A stretch of 64,000 nucleotides of DNA, taken from the NCBI GenBank assembly GCA_000004695.1, contig CM000151.3, positions 8,032,001 to 8,096,000 on the forward strand, given 5' to 3'. The notes beneath the pieces are model-generated. The model ran no database searches and was not told the DNA's origin. It saw only the letters and a list, made by a program, of their open reading frames with translations. This document shows positions 47,828 to 61,086 of this stretch, piece after piece. Source of the stretch: Dictyostelium discoideum (lineage: Eukaryota). Position 1 is the stretch's first letter. Each line of letters begins with the position of its first letter. The translations under genes and the position numbers were made by a program.

Positions 47828-50800
47828 TTAATTTGCGCTTGAAGAAAATCTTTGAAGTTTTCTTTTTAATGGGGCTTCAACAAATCTTTTTTTGTAAATT
47901 ATGAAAACAATAGCAATAATTGCAGCTAGACCTCCAACTGGAACAGCGATCACAACTGGTAAAAACCATGACTCACGATTATTATCATCACATTCATCAA
48001 TGAATTCAGGACTAATCAATACAGAGAAGTCAGGATCTAATAAACATTTCTTTGTACAATGAGGTAAATTCATACCAACTGTAATTGAATCATTTGATTT
48101 TGATACTAACACAGTTTGCATAAATGTTGATATACCATCACTTTCGATTCTGTCTATAAATCTACCATTTAAAACTTTTGCATCTTTTTTAATAGCTATA
48201 TAATTTAATGAATTATCTTGATTTGGTGTACTATTAATTTCAATTTGATCATCATTACAATCATTTTCATTATTTGTTTGAATTTCATTTACACTTGATT
48301 TCATTTGTAATTGTAATGTATTTAAATTACTTGAATATTGATAATTTTCAATTGATACTGTCATTTTAACTGATCCACTTGTTAATTTAAAATTAATGCC
48401 TGCAAATGATACATCTCTATCTTTATTAATTTCTTCAATTGTATATGTGATATTACATTTATCATTTTGAATTGATTGAATGAATGTGTAAACTGTTTTA
48501 CTAATATTTGAAATTATTGACCATTTATTTAATAATAGATACTCATTGATTTGATTACCATTGAAATCTATCTCTATTAATTTTGTAATTAAAATTTGAT
48601 AATTTGTTTGTTGATTTGTAATATTTGTATTACCAGTATTACCATCTATTGTTGTATTAGATCCTGGTAATCCACCACTATTATCGCCACCACCACTTGG
48701 ATTTGAATATAAACTACAATCATAACCGCTCCATCTTCCAATACAATTACAATATCCAGTTGTTGTATTACAAATACCATTTGATGTCGATGTACAATGA
48801 TTTGGACATTGTTTATCATTTGAATAATATTGATAAATATCTTTTGATGTTACGTTGATTGAATTTTGAATTACACTTACTGATTTTAAACCTGTACCTG
48901 GTGGTGCTTTACAAATAATTTCACTTTCAGATATATTATAAATTGGTATACATTGTTTATTACCAATGAAAACTTGTGGATCAGTATGATTATTACCAAA
49001 CCAACCATAAATTGAAGCGCTACCACCATTGGTATCACTTGGTGAAACTGCTGATATTGTATGTAATGGAATTGAACAATCAATACCAATCCATTCGTAA
49101 GGAGTGATTGGGCATGAACAAATACCAGTCTGATTATTACATTGACCAATATTATTACAATTATTTAAACATTGTTTAAATGGGATTGAGCAATCATCAC
49201 CTTGATGGTTTGAATCACATTTACATTGACCAATATCAGATAAACAGTAACCATTACCATTACAATCATTATAATTTTCAGAACAATTTAAAATTACATT
49301 TATTCCACTTGGATTTAAAGTGAATTGCGTCGTTAAACCTCCAATTGTAATATATGATAAAATATCCTCCAAAGATGGGTCTACCACACTAGAAATTGTA
49401 CAGTATATTTGATAAAATGATGTACTTGAAACTATACAATTATAATTACCAATAGTAATGTTTACAATTGATTGATTAAAAGTAAAGAATGAACCATCGA
49501 AAATTAAACTACTTGAACCCAATACCCAATCTACCATTTCTAATCTTGGTGGTATATCTTGAGTTGACAATGGGAATATATAATTTGGATTGTTACTATA
49601 TATCAAGTAAACAATTGGTGGTGGTTTTATGGTTGTGATTGCACTTATTATTTTATTTGGTTTTATTACTTTGATATCAAATCTGTCTCCATTTTCAGTA
49701 ACTAGAAAGTTTGAGTTAACCCATGAACCACCTATATTTTCACCAAAAATATAATATTCATATTCGACATAATACATTGAATAATTATATATATTTACGA
49801 GTCTAAGATTTGGAATAATAATACCTTTTAAAAAATTTGTTATTATTTTTTGATAATTTATTGTTAAAAATTGTATTTTTAATTATGAAAAAAAAAAAAA
49901 AAAAAAAAAAAAAAGAATTTTTAAACTTACTTGGTGAAGATGGTTGATTCAAATTTGAAAAAGAATTACCAATGAATCTAGATTCTAAATCTATATTAAC
50001 TAATCCAAAGAAACATGTAAAACATGATGGAATTAATCCAGTCATTGAGTTATTACTTACAATTAAATCTAATTCACAATATGAATCATCAATTGTTCCA
50101 GTTATTTGATTAAAACTAATATCGATGCTTGTTAATTTATTATTAATTGTTCTATTGAAAATTGGTAAAGAACCTGACATTACATTATCGACTAAATTTA
50201 ATTTTTTAACATTTGTAAATAATGAAAAATCAAATGTTTCAATATATGCATTTTTGAGGGTGAACTCTTCAAATTTTTCATTTGTTGGTAAAATAAAAGG
50301 AAGTGAACCACCAAATGTAAAACCTCTACCAGTATCTTTAAAAATTAATTCTTTCATTGATTTACCAACTAATGATAAATCAATTAAAGATGGTGGGCTT
50401 AAAAGTAGTGTTCTTTCAAATTCACTTTTTTTTTTTTTTTAGTGTTAGCTATTTTCAATTATCCAATTAATAAATCAATATAAACACAAATAAAACTTAC
50501 ATTCTTGTTAAATTTTCAGCTCTAATTTGTGAAAATTCAATTGATGGGAAATTTATCTCATCATATACCTGAATTGATAAAGTATTTAAACTTTCACACT
50601 GAGTAATATTAATCCATGAAGATTGGTCAAAACCTGGAAGAAGAACAAGTTGGAAATATGCATTTATATATTTAAATGAAGGTACATTTAAGGATACAAC
50701 TTTAATATAAGATGGATTCCATATGAAGGTTCCATCTAGATCATTTTCAAAATAAATTAAATGAGATCCTATTCCAATAATACTTGAAGTTTGTATTGAT

Positions 50801-50838
<38 letters not shown>

Positions 50839-51392
50839 AGGAATTAGTTAAAAATTATAAATAATATTAAATTTTTAAAATATACATACACTTGATCTGC
50901 TTTAGAAAATATTGAAAATTTAATTTGAGTAGGAAAGGTTTGAGTTTTCATTGTTACTGAAAAATATAAAACAGTAGGTGGAAGTGGTAAAAACTGTATA
51001 TTCTCTTGAATAAGATCAAATCTTGTGGTTTTTTGAGGAAGTGAAGAATATAAAATATCACTATCTAAAACAACTGTACTTAGTGAAAGAGATGTCATGT
51101 TTTCATAACATAAAAAATCATCACCCAAAACATATGACATATTTGATTGTCCAAGGTTTAAAGTGGAAATGTAATTTTTATCACAACCAATATATAACAT
51201 TGGTTGAAAAAAAAAATCAGCTTTACAAAAATCATATTTTGATGTTGTGACATTTGGTGTGAGTTTTGAAATTGTACCCAAATTGGTTAATAAAGTTTTT
51301 ATACAATCATATTCTTTTTGGCTTAACTGTTGTTGTGAATTTACACAAATTATTAAAAAAAAAAACAACAATAGTGAATTTAAAGAAAACAT
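47828..51392 (-). CDS. Type I membrane protein with signal peptide, plant-type LRRs, EGF-like Cys-rich repeats and a C-terminal TM segment. Paralog A. Structure is complement(join(47828..49824,49931..50412,50501..50800,50890..51392)), about 1093 aa.
   Basis: Exon 1 encodes the signal peptide MFSLNSLLLFFFLIICVNSQQQ and ends in phase 2 at GTATGT. Exon 2 ends AGAAT then GTAAGT. Exon 3 encodes LRRs (LNLVDNVMSGSLP...ISFNQITGTIDDS) and ends in phase 1 at GTAAGT. Exon 4 encodes CNGNGYCLSDIGQCKCDSNHQGDDCS EGF-like modules and the TM segment VIAVPVGGLAAIIAIVFIIYKKRF. The exon 3 acceptor is ambiguous: 50412 or 50397. Confidence 0.55.
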
Positions 51393-51725
51393 ATTGTTTT
51401 GTGTGATGAGGTTGTGATGGTTCTTTATATTTATTTTTATTTTTTTTTTTTTTTTTTTTTTTGTGCAAAAACCACCATTTCAAAAAAATCTAAAAAAAAT
51501 CTGGAAAAAAAAGAAAATTCAAAAAATTTACTTTTTCCCAAAGATATTTTTTTTTTTTGAAAAAAAAATAATCAAAACCATCGTAAAAATTATTTTATTT
51601 TATTTTTTTTAAAATTTTTTTTTTTTCAAATCAAACAACCATCCTAAAACTTATTTTTTTTTTTATAATTAACAATATGACCGAATGTGCGAATTTTCAT
51701 TTTTTAGATTTTTTTTTTTTTTTTT

Positions 51726-51757
<32 letters not shown>

Positions 51758-52074
51758 GAAATATATTTCAAATAAGAATAAAGATATTTTGTTTAAATAA
51801 AAGTGATAAAAATAGAATACAAAAAGGAATAAAAAAAAAAAAAAAAAATTATAGTCCATTTTTTTAATACACATTTTTTTTTTTTTTTTTATATTTATTT
51901 TTAGATCTATTAAATTTATTTATTTTTAGATCTATTAAATTTATTTAATTTCATTTATTTTATTTTTTTATTTATTATTTTTAAATAGAGACTCTGAAAG
52001 GTTTGATGATCTTAATTTATAATAATAGAATTTTATTTTCATTATTTTGTTGACCAAAATAAGAAATATATCCG

Positions 52075-52079
<5 letters not shown>

Positions 52080-52143
<64 letters not shown>

Positions 52144-52153
52144 TTTATTATTT

Positions 52154-52184
<31 letters not shown>

Positions 52185-52190
52185 GTTTAG
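52080..52190. repeat. (ATT)n microsatellite, about 110 nt
   Basis: Uninterrupted attattatt... run. Confidence 0.9.
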
Positions 52191-52385
52191 TAATCACCAA
52201 TAATATTATTATAAAACTTAAAAAAATAAAGTTGGTTTTAATTCATAATATTCGTTGTTTTTTTTTTTTTTTTTTTTTTTTTACATTAATGAGTAGATCT
52301 ACGAATATTTTGTTTTGCGCTTGGGATGCAGTAATGAATCTTAGCTATTTGAATTTTAATTTCTTTTTTTTTAAAGTTATTACAT

Positions 52386-52398
52386 TTCTAAATGGGAT
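52386..52398 (-). promoter_or_regulatory. External B-box (GGGATCGAATCCC) about 38 nt downstream of tRNA-His. This is a Dictyostelium pol III element.
   Basis: A second B-box-like sequence lies at the spacing typical for Dictyostelium tRNA genes. A second GGGGGATCGAATCCC copy lies at 53347-53361. Confidence 0.5.
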
Positions 52399-52435
52399 TC
52401 GATCCCTTGACCCAAAGTTTTATTTTTAAAAAAAG

Positions 52436-52506
52436 TGCCGCGACCTGGAATCGAACCAGGGTCAACAGAGCCACAATCTGATGTACTACCACTATACTAT
52501 CACGGC
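52436..52506 (-). tRNA. tRNA-His (GTG)
   Basis: The minus-strand sequence is GCCGTGATAGTATAGTGGTAGTACATCAGATTGTGGCTCTGTTGACCCTGGTTCGATTCCAGGTCGCGGCA. Acceptor stem GCCGTGA/TCGCGGC. D-loop AGTGGTAG. Anticodon loop TTGTGGC with CAGA/TCTG stem. B-box GGTTCGATTCC. Confidence 0.85.
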
Positions 52507-52509
52507 GAA

Positions 52510-52555
52510 TTTTGATATTTTTTCAAAAAACTGCTCACACCGATTTTATATTTTT

Positions 52556-52617
<62 letters not shown>

Positions 52618-53250
52618 CCGAAAACATTCTTTCAGGGAATTTCCAGAATTTTAAATTTTTAAAGTCGAATAAAGATTTTAAAGAAAAAAAAAGAAATGAA
52701 TAAATTGGCAAATACAATAATGACAGAATCAACAGAAACATTGGCAGATAAAATCAAGAAATCAAATGAACTCAGAACAAAGTTCAAATATTTAAAAAAT
52801 ACGTACAGAACACTTGATAAAATAAGCGAAGCAATATACCACACTCAAATTGAACTAAAACAATCACAGCAAAGAAAAATGCACCTTTAAAGCAAATTTA
52901 AAGAAAAGTTGATTTAAATTGGATTTAAATTGAATTTAAAGCCGCGTTTAAAAAATTCATTTTTAAGGTAATTTTTAAGGTAATTTTTAAGATATTTAAA
53001 AATGCCTTTAAAATTTGCTTTAAAATAAATTTTTAAGCAATTTTAAAGGTGATTTTAAAGGTGATTTTAAAGGTGATTTTTAAGGTAATTTTTAAGATAA
53101 TTTTTAAGATATTTAAAAATACCTTTAAAATTTATTTTAAATTAATTTTAAATAGGATTTAAAGTAGATTTAAAGTATATTTAAAGTGAATTTAAATTTC
53201 CTTTAAACATAAATTTAAGGTTTTTAATAAAAAAGATCTAATTTTAGAAC
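52510..53250 (+). mobile_element. Retroelement-derived segment upstream of tRNA-His. It consists of a short stub ending in about 50 A (52560-52612), then TRE-like module sequence with a 64-aa ORF and TTTAAAGG/TTTTAAGGTAAT-type degenerate tandem repeats.
   Basis: The poly(A) begins about 48-55 nt upstream of the tRNA 5' end, which is the TRE5-type integration distance. The 52900-53240 repeat words recur in 53440-53600, directly upstream of ORF1. Confidence 0.4.
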
Positions 53251-53296
53251 AAAAAAATGGGGATAAAATATTCTATCATTTTTAAATTTTTCATCA

Positions 53297-53368
53297 AAGC
53301 AATCAAATGGTTTAATGGTTGATGAGACTACCCTTTGATAGAGGGTCGGGGGATCGAATCCCTTTTGG
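53297..53368 (+). other. tRNA-like remnant. It has a canonical anticodon arm (ACCCT-TTGATAG-AGGGT, anticodon GAT) and a T-loop-like GGGGGATCGAATCCC, but the acceptor and T stems do not fold. A second B-box-like GAGTTCGAAGCC lies on the minus strand at 53406-53418.
   Basis: Manual folding only. Not a convincing functional tRNA. Confidence 0.3.
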
Positions 53369-53621
53369 TAATTTTTGAAAAATTAAAAAAAAAATTTTTA
53401 AAAAATTTATCCGTTAAATAACGGCTTCGAACTCAGGACCTCGCTTTTAAAGCCATTAAAAAGGTAATTTTAAAGGTAATTTTAACGGCGTTCTAAAGAC
53501 CCCCTAAAAATTACCTTTAAAATTACCTTTAAAATTTTTTTAATTCAGGACTTTAAAGCAAATTTAAATTTAATTTAAAGCGAATTTAAAGGTGGTTTTT
53601 TCTTCGCTGTGATATAAATTC

Positions 53622-54803
53622 ATGATCAATATCCCAGATGAGATATCCAACAACTTGAAAGCAGAATTGGAAATCCATTTACAAGGAGATGATAAGATAA
53701 TAACAAGTAAGAATAAATTCAAAATCCTCACGGACTGCAGAACTCAAGTAATCAAGTACTCTAACGTTTTCAACGGAGTACTAAAAGGAGTTCACAGAGC
53801 AATAATAAAACCAAAAAAGATCTTCAAAACATTCAACTGGGAAAAATCAATGGACATAGTAGAAAAAACATTGCATGAAGAAGGACTGGAAATAATCAAA
53901 TTAGATAATTTAGGTGAAAACCTGATAATACACTCATTCAACTCAATTATCAGTCCAGAGCACAAAGACCAGCTAATACATTGTAAACACATAACAATAC
54001 TATTCCTCACTACAACAGAAGAAACAAAAAATCAAAGAAAAACAAATAGGGAAATCGAAGACGAAATCTCAGAAAACTCAAAAATCACGGAACTACCAAA
54101 TTCCGAGACAAAGGAAAACACAAGAATAAACATAAAATCAAAAGAAGAATTCAATCATAAAAACACTAGCGAATCAAAAAATAACAACAAAAACAAAATA
54201 GAAAACAAAAAAGAAAATAATAAAGAAATCAATAATGAAAACATCAAAGACAAGAGCAAAAACGAAAAAGTAAAGGAAAAAGAAATTGAAAATAAAAAAC
54301 CCACAACAATTAGAGCAACAACAACAACCACAACGACAGAAACGACAAATACAATAAACAATATTGAAAAGAGAAAAGTACTTCGTATCCCACCAATAAC
54401 AGTAACATATAGTGTTGACAGCAAAGAGAAAAGGAGAATGGAGTTAACTGAAGATGAAGAAGCATTAGAAGTGGTAAGAAAGATGTTCGAAAATGAAGAA
54501 GAGAACAGAATTTTTGAAGAAAAAATAAATAACCAAAAAAAGAAGGAAACCCCAAGGTTAGCCTCAATCAAAAAAAGACAAACAATGTCACCTATCCAAA
54601 ATTCAGAATCTCCAGCAACGCCAGAGATAGTAAAAAGAAAAAGATTCAACTCATCTCCAAACCCAACAACTAATCACCAAGAAATTTTAACACCTTACAA
54701 AACTCCAATTAAAATAACAAAGGAAGAATCAGATTTAATGGAAGCAGCACTAAGAGACAAATTGCCCAAAGTACTCCAAGACGTACTTCCATCTGTCTCA
54801 TTT

Positions 54804-54809
<6 letters not shown>
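53622..54809 (+). CDS. Retrotransposon ORF1 protein, 395 aa, basic and Lys/Asn-rich
   Basis: Continuous ORF directly upstream of the ORF2 endonuclease. Ends 44 nt before the ORF2 ATG. Confidence 0.6.
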
Positions 54810-54853
<44 letters not shown>

Positions 54854-54856
<3 letters not shown>

Positions 54857-57802
54857 ATAAAAATAATGACCTGGAATTGCCAAGGTTGCTCAACAATCAA
54901 AAGCATGAATCAGACAAAAAATACAATTAACCTAATAAAACCTGATATATCAATACTAACAGAAACAAATCTAAAAAAGGATCAAAATCTAGCGCAAATC
55001 AAAAACCATTACTCAACAGGAGGAAAAGGAAAAGAAGCAAGAGGAAAAGGAGTAATGGCAATAAATCACCTAGAACAAATAGAAATTAAAAACTTGGAAG
55101 AAAAAGAAGGCAGAATCTTAAAATTTACTGCAATTCTAAACAATACGGAAATCAACATAATTGGCATCTATGCACCAGCCTCATATGACAGAAGAAAAGG
55201 ATGGTTTTCAAACAATATTTCCCTTGGAGATCTAGAACAGGCAGACATAGTTACTGGTGACTTTAACATCAACAAATATGCAAAAATCAAGTTCAAAGAT
55301 GGATCATCCGATAAGAGAAAATTCACAGAAAATGAAACAATAGAATTCCTAATGATGGAAGTAGGACTCACCGAAATACTACCAAATTCAACAACTAAAA
55401 CAACCTTCAAAGATAAACTAATCGATAGAACATTCTTATCAACAAAGATGCACCAACTCAATCACTCGTACAAGATAATAGATAAAATAAACAAATCAGA
55501 CCATAACATAGTAGTGATGGATTTCAAAATACCAAATTTCACAAAAATATACAAATCACCCCTATGGAAAATGAACTCAATAATAATTAAAGAAGATAAA
55601 ACAATAAAAAAGATAGAAAAAATAATCGACCACTACCAGGAAACCAAAAGAAAAAACCTTAACATAACGGAATACTGGATTAAGTTCAAAAAAAAAATAA
55701 AAAAACAATGCATTACAACAGAAAAGAAAAGAATACTAGAGAGAAAAAAAACGCTATCAAATCTAGCAAATGAACACACAAAAACAAAAAACAAATATGA
55801 AAAAGAAACAATATCGAACGAAATAACAATACTTCAAGAAGAAGAAAGAATAGACAGAATGATCAAAAGCTCAATCAACTACATCAACAATAAAGAAATA
55901 GCATCAAATCTCCTTACATCTATTCTTAAAAAAAGAGACTCGAGCTCCCAGATTCACAGAATAAAGAACCCATCCAATGGAGAAATCGAAACAGAACAAA
56001 AAGAAATAACAGATTGCTTCAGAAAATATTACGAGACACTCTTCAAAGAGAAAGAATGCGACCAAGAAACACATACAGAACTTCTAAGCACCTGGAACCC
56101 ACCAATAGATAAAAAAAAATTAACAGAGATGGAAGACAGAATCGAAGAATATGAGGTTAAGCTAGCAATAGAAAAGATAGCAGAAGGTAAATCACCAGGA
56201 GAAGATGGAATAACATCTTCATTCTATAAAATCCACCAACACAAACTAATTCCAATCCTCACAGAACTATTCAACTTCTTTTTAAACAATGAAATTCCAA
56301 CAGAATTCAAGAACGGTATCCTTACATCAATATACAAAGGTAAAGGGGATGTCTTGGAAATCTCAAACAGAAGACCAATAACGTTACTCAACGTAGACTA
56401 CAAAATCTACTCAAAAATAATCAACAATAGAATACTAAAAATCCTGCCAAACATAATCTCAAAGTACCAGAACGGTTTTATACCAGGAAGGCTACTCCAC
56501 AACAACATTATAGCTTTGGATTTAGCAATGGAAAAGAGTGATAGAAACACGATAATCACCTTTTATGACTTCGAAAAAGCCTTCGATTCAATATCTCATA
56601 AAGCGTTAATAAGGACTCTAAACCATCTAAAGTTCCCTCGGAAAATAACAAACACAATACTAAGCATGTTAACGAACACCAACATAAGGGTCATGGTAAA
56701 TGGACAACTCTCTGAATCCTTCAGAGCAGGAAGAGGTACAAAACAGGGCGACCCAATTTCACCAACTCTCTTCGCTATAGTATGTGAATGCTTATCAACA
56801 TCAATAAGAAAAGACAATACCATAATAGGCATAAAACTCAATCAGAACAATTCGATGAAGATTGGACAATATGCAGACGACACAGTCACACTAGCCAGTA
56901 ACATAGATGACGCAGATAAAATGGATATGAAAGTTATAAAATTTTGCCAAGCCACAGCAGCAAAAATAAACGATAATAAATGTGTGTGCATCACTAAAAA
57001 CCCAAAGATAAAGACCAAATATAAGACAATTGGGGCGAAAGAAGAAGAAAGATATCTTGGCTTTTTCTTCAACCGCAAAGGTGTAATAAGCAAAGTAGAT
57101 GATACGGTGAACAAACTGGAAAACCTCACAAAATGCTATTCGAGCGTGTCATCAACGCTAAAAGGTAGAATCACAATCCTCAAATCATACCTGCTGTCCC
57201 AACTAACATTCCAACTATACATCAACGAAATAAATGACATAAAGAAACTGGAGAACGTTAATGCCAACATGTTATTCAAAGGGGACAGGTGGGCTATCTC
57301 AAAAGAAAGGAGCAGAAGAGACTATGAAATTGGAGGCCTGGAACTCTGGAATATGGCAACCAGATCCAATGCCCAGAAAGCATGGATATACGAACAATAC
57401 CTCAGAGAAAAAGACGACCAGAACTGCCCTCCACATATGGAAGTCTGGAAGTCGGAAAAAGAAAACTCACTATCAAGGATTCACATCAAATGCTGGAAAG
57501 CCTGGAAGTTGTTGCACCACCCAAGAGAGCGAATAACTCTCAAACTAAACCAAGTCAAACCCAAATATGAAAACAAACAAAAATTAAAAGTAATCTATAG
57601 AAACATGATGGATATCAAATACAAGGGATGGAACAAACACCAGCCAACAACAGGTCAAAAACTGATTCAAAAGAACATTAATCACCCAATTCTACCATTT
57701 AGAGAAGCCAGATCAATCACAACTATCAAAGGAAGAGACTTAGCATGGAGGTATCTACTCAAGGCACTTCCAAAACACCATGGGGAGAATTGCCACTTGT
57801 AA
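54854..57802 (+). CDS. Retrotransposon ORF2: apurinic-endonuclease-like domain plus reverse transcriptase
   Basis: MIKIMTWNCQGC...ILTETNL is EEP-nuclease-like. RT motifs KGKGDV..RPITLLN, FYDFEKAFDSISH and QYADD are present. Confidence 0.8.
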
Positions 57803-58281
57803 AGAAGAAGAGTCGTCTATGCACATCTTCTTCGAATGCAAATCAATAAAACAGGATATCGACTCAATCTATCAAAAGGTCTGTAAAGACTCTAACAACA
57901 CTTACCACGGTCCATGGAGCGAAAAAGTTCTCGGAAAACTACTCACACCATTCTCATCAAATCTGATAGGAGCCATTATGGAATCGATATGGTACAGAAG
58001 AAATCAAATAAAATTCAACGATAACACTACAATAATAACAGAGAACCAAATAATTCATAAAATCAAAAAAGCGAGAGATGCCGAATGGGATAGAACAAGA
58101 AAGATAGTAGAAAAGCAACTACGTCAAGAACTAAAATGCACTGATAACCGAGAGTCAATCAATCGGACCGCATCAATAAAAAGAAGACTCGAAAAATTCA
58201 GCCACAACTGGAACTCGAAACTCATGACCATAAACATCCCGGAACACTTCATACCATACTGCTCATATAACACCAACTACT

Positions 58282-58286
<5 letters not shown>
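57780..58286 (+). CDS. ORF2 C-terminal Cys/His (zinc-knuckle-like) domain in a shifted frame relative to the RT. This is either a frameshifted or a programmed-shift tail.
   Basis: C-x8-H-x4-C...C spacing (CKEEESSMHIFFECKSIKQDIDSIYQKVC). It overlaps the ORF2 stop by 23 nt in a different frame. Confidence 0.5.
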
Positions 58287-58318
<32 letters not shown>

Positions 58319-58382
58319 ATAACAATAATAATAATAACAATAATATAATAATAATATAATAATAATAAAAAAAAAAATAAGA

Positions 58383-58416
<34 letters not shown>

Positions 58417-58497
58417 ACAAATAAACTCTCCTAGAACACACTCAAATTGAGTGATGTTATTAAAAAAAAAAAAAAAATTTTATATTTTACCTTTATG

Positions 58498-58676
58498 GAT
58501 AGTAGAAAAGCAACTACGACAAGAACTAAAATGCACTGATAACCGAGAGTCAATCAATCGGACCGCATCAATAAAAAGAAGACTCGAAAAATTCAGTCAC
58601 AACTGGAACTAGAAACTCATGACCATAAACATCCCGGAACACTTCAGACCATACTGCTCATATAACACCAACTACT

Positions 58677-58717
<41 letters not shown>

Positions 58718-58900
58718 ATAACAATAATAATAATAATAATATAATAATAATAATAATATAATAATAATAATAATAAAAAAATAAGAATAAAATAAAAAAA
58801 AAAAAATATATAAAAAAAAAAAAAACTACAAATAAACTCTCCTAGAACACACTCAAATTGAGTGATGTTATTAAAAAAAACAATGACAGCAAAAAAAAAA
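58498..58900 (+). mobile_element. Severely 5'-truncated second TRE copy (last 190 nt of ORF2, A-rich 3'UTR, terminal block ACTACAAATAAACTCTCCTAGAACACACTCAAATTGAGTGATGTTATT, then A-run), inserted in tandem
   Basis: About 97 percent identical to 58095-58475. Point differences include gtcaag/gacaag, cagcca/cagtca and cttcat/cttcag. Confidence 0.65.
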
Positions 58901-58924
58901 AAAGTTTGTTTACAATTATTTTTA

Positions 58925-61032
58925 TTATTTTCTGTTTAATAATTTAATCTGTCTTTTGAAACGGGCCTCAACAAATCTTTTTTTATAAATTACGTATAAT
59001 AGTGCTATAATCAAAGCACATGCAACCACTGGTACGGTAATGGCAACTGGTAAAACCCAAAATTTTTGATCATTTCCACGGCACCCGTCAACGAATTCAG
59101 GACTAACCAATACAGAGAAGTCAGGATCTAATAAACATTTCTTTGTACAATGAGGTAAATTCATACCAACTGTAATTGAATCATTTGATTTTGATATTAA
59201 TACAGTTTTCATAAATGTTGATATTCCATCACTTTCGATTCTGTCTATAAATCTACCATTTAAAACTTTTGCATCTTTTTTAATTGTTATATAATTTAAT
59301 GAATTATCTTGATTTGGTGTATTATTGATTTCAATTTGATCATCGTTACAATCATTTTCATTATTTGTTTGAATTTCATTTACACTTGATTTCATTTGTA
59401 ATTGTAAAGTATTTAAATTACTTGAATATTGATAGTTTTCAATTGATACTGTCATTTTAACTGATCCACTTGTTAATTTAAAATTAATACCTGCAAATGA
59501 TACATCTCTATCTTTATTAACTTCTTCAATTGTATATGTGATATTACATTTATCATTTTGAATTGATTGAATGAATGTGTAAACTGTTTTACTAATATTT
59601 GAAATTATTGACCATTTATTTAATAATAGATACTCATTGATTTGATTACCATTGAAATCTATCTCTATTAATTTTGTAATTAAAATTTGATAATTTGTTT
59701 GTTGATTTGTAATATTTGTATTACCAGTATTACCATCTATTGTTGTATTAGATCCTGGTAATCCACCATTATTACCACCACTACTGCCACCACCACTTGG
59801 ATTTGAATATAAACTACAATCATAACCGCTCCATCTTCCAATACAATTACAATATCCAGTTGTTGTATTACAAATACCATTTGATGCCGATGTACAATGA
59901 TTTGGACATTGTTTATCATTTGAATAATATTGATAAATATCTTTTGATGTTACATTGATTGAATTTTGAATTACGCTAACTGATTTTAAACCTGTACCTG
60001 GTGGTGCTTTACAATTAATTTCACTTTCAGATATATTATAAATTGGTATACATTGTATATTACCAATGAAAACTTGTGGATTAGTATGATTATTACCAAA
60101 CCAACCATAAATTGAAGCATTACCACCATTGATGTCACTTGGTGAAACTGCTGATATTGTATGTAATGGAATTGAGCAATCATTACCAGTCCATCCAAAA
60201 GGAGTGATTTGACATGAGCAAATACCAGTTTGATTATTACATTGACCAACACTATTACAATCATTTAAACATTCTTTTAATGGTAATCCACATGCATCAC
60301 CTTGATGATTTGAATCACATTGACATTTACCAGTTAGAGTTGTACAAATACCATTACCATTACAGTCAAGTGGATTACAATCGATATATGGCAAAGAACA
60401 ATCATCACCTTGATGTGTTGAATCACATTGACATTTACCAATATCAGATAAACAATAACCATTACCATTACAATCATTATAAGCAGAACAGTTTAAAATT
60501 TTATTTATTAAACCTGGATTTAAAGTGAATTGAGTTGTTAAATTACCAATTGTAATATATGATAAAATGTTTTTAAAGGAATCTATACTATTGAAGACTG
60601 TACATGATATTTGATTAAATGATGTACTTGTTACAAAGCAATTATCGCTACCAATTGTAATATTTACAATTGATTTATTATATGTAAAGAATGAACCATC
60701 GAAAACCAAATTCAAAGCACTTGATTGCCAATCAACCTTTTCTAAAAGAGGATTAATATTTCTGGTTGATAATTTAAAAAAATAGTTTGGATCCACTGGG
60801 CTATATTTCATGGAAATAACATCTGGAAGTTTTGAATAAGACACAACCCTTATTAATTTATTAACAATTAAAAATTGACTAGCATAATAACTACCAAAAT
60901 CATCAACAACCAAGTTTGTTGGAATCCAAATACCACCTAAATTTTCACCAAATATAAAGAATTCATACTCTAAATAAGTTGTAAAATTCTTTACATTACC
61001 TGGCATAAAGTTTGGAATAATTATTGCTAAAA

Positions 61033-61086
<54 letters not shown>

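Larger units (their letters stand above)
53440..58900 (+). mobile_element. tRNA-gene-targeted non-LTR (L1-like) retrotransposon of the Dictyostelium TRE family, near full length. It has a 5' module, ORF1 and ORF2, a poly(A) tail, and a nested 5'-truncated second copy at its 3' end.
   Basis: ORF1 53622..54809. A 44-nt A-run. ORF2 54854..57802 with an AP-endonuclease N-terminus and an RT domain (FIPGRLLHNN...QYADDTVTLAS). The Cys-rich tail (CKEEESSMHIFFECKSI...) is in another frame (57780..58286). Poly(A) at 58287-58312. The block 58095-58475 is repeated as 58498-58875. Confidence 0.75.

Noticed and set aside
52696-52890. 64-aa ORF MNKLANTIMTESTETLADKIKK...
   Set aside because: It is embedded in retroelement module sequence and terminates into repeats. 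It may be an element-encoded or decayed ORF, and I cannot support it as a host gene.
53297-53368. Possible functional tRNA-Ile(GAT)
   Set aside because: The acceptor and T stems do not pair. GAT is not a standard eukaryotic isoacceptor. It is reported only as a remnant.
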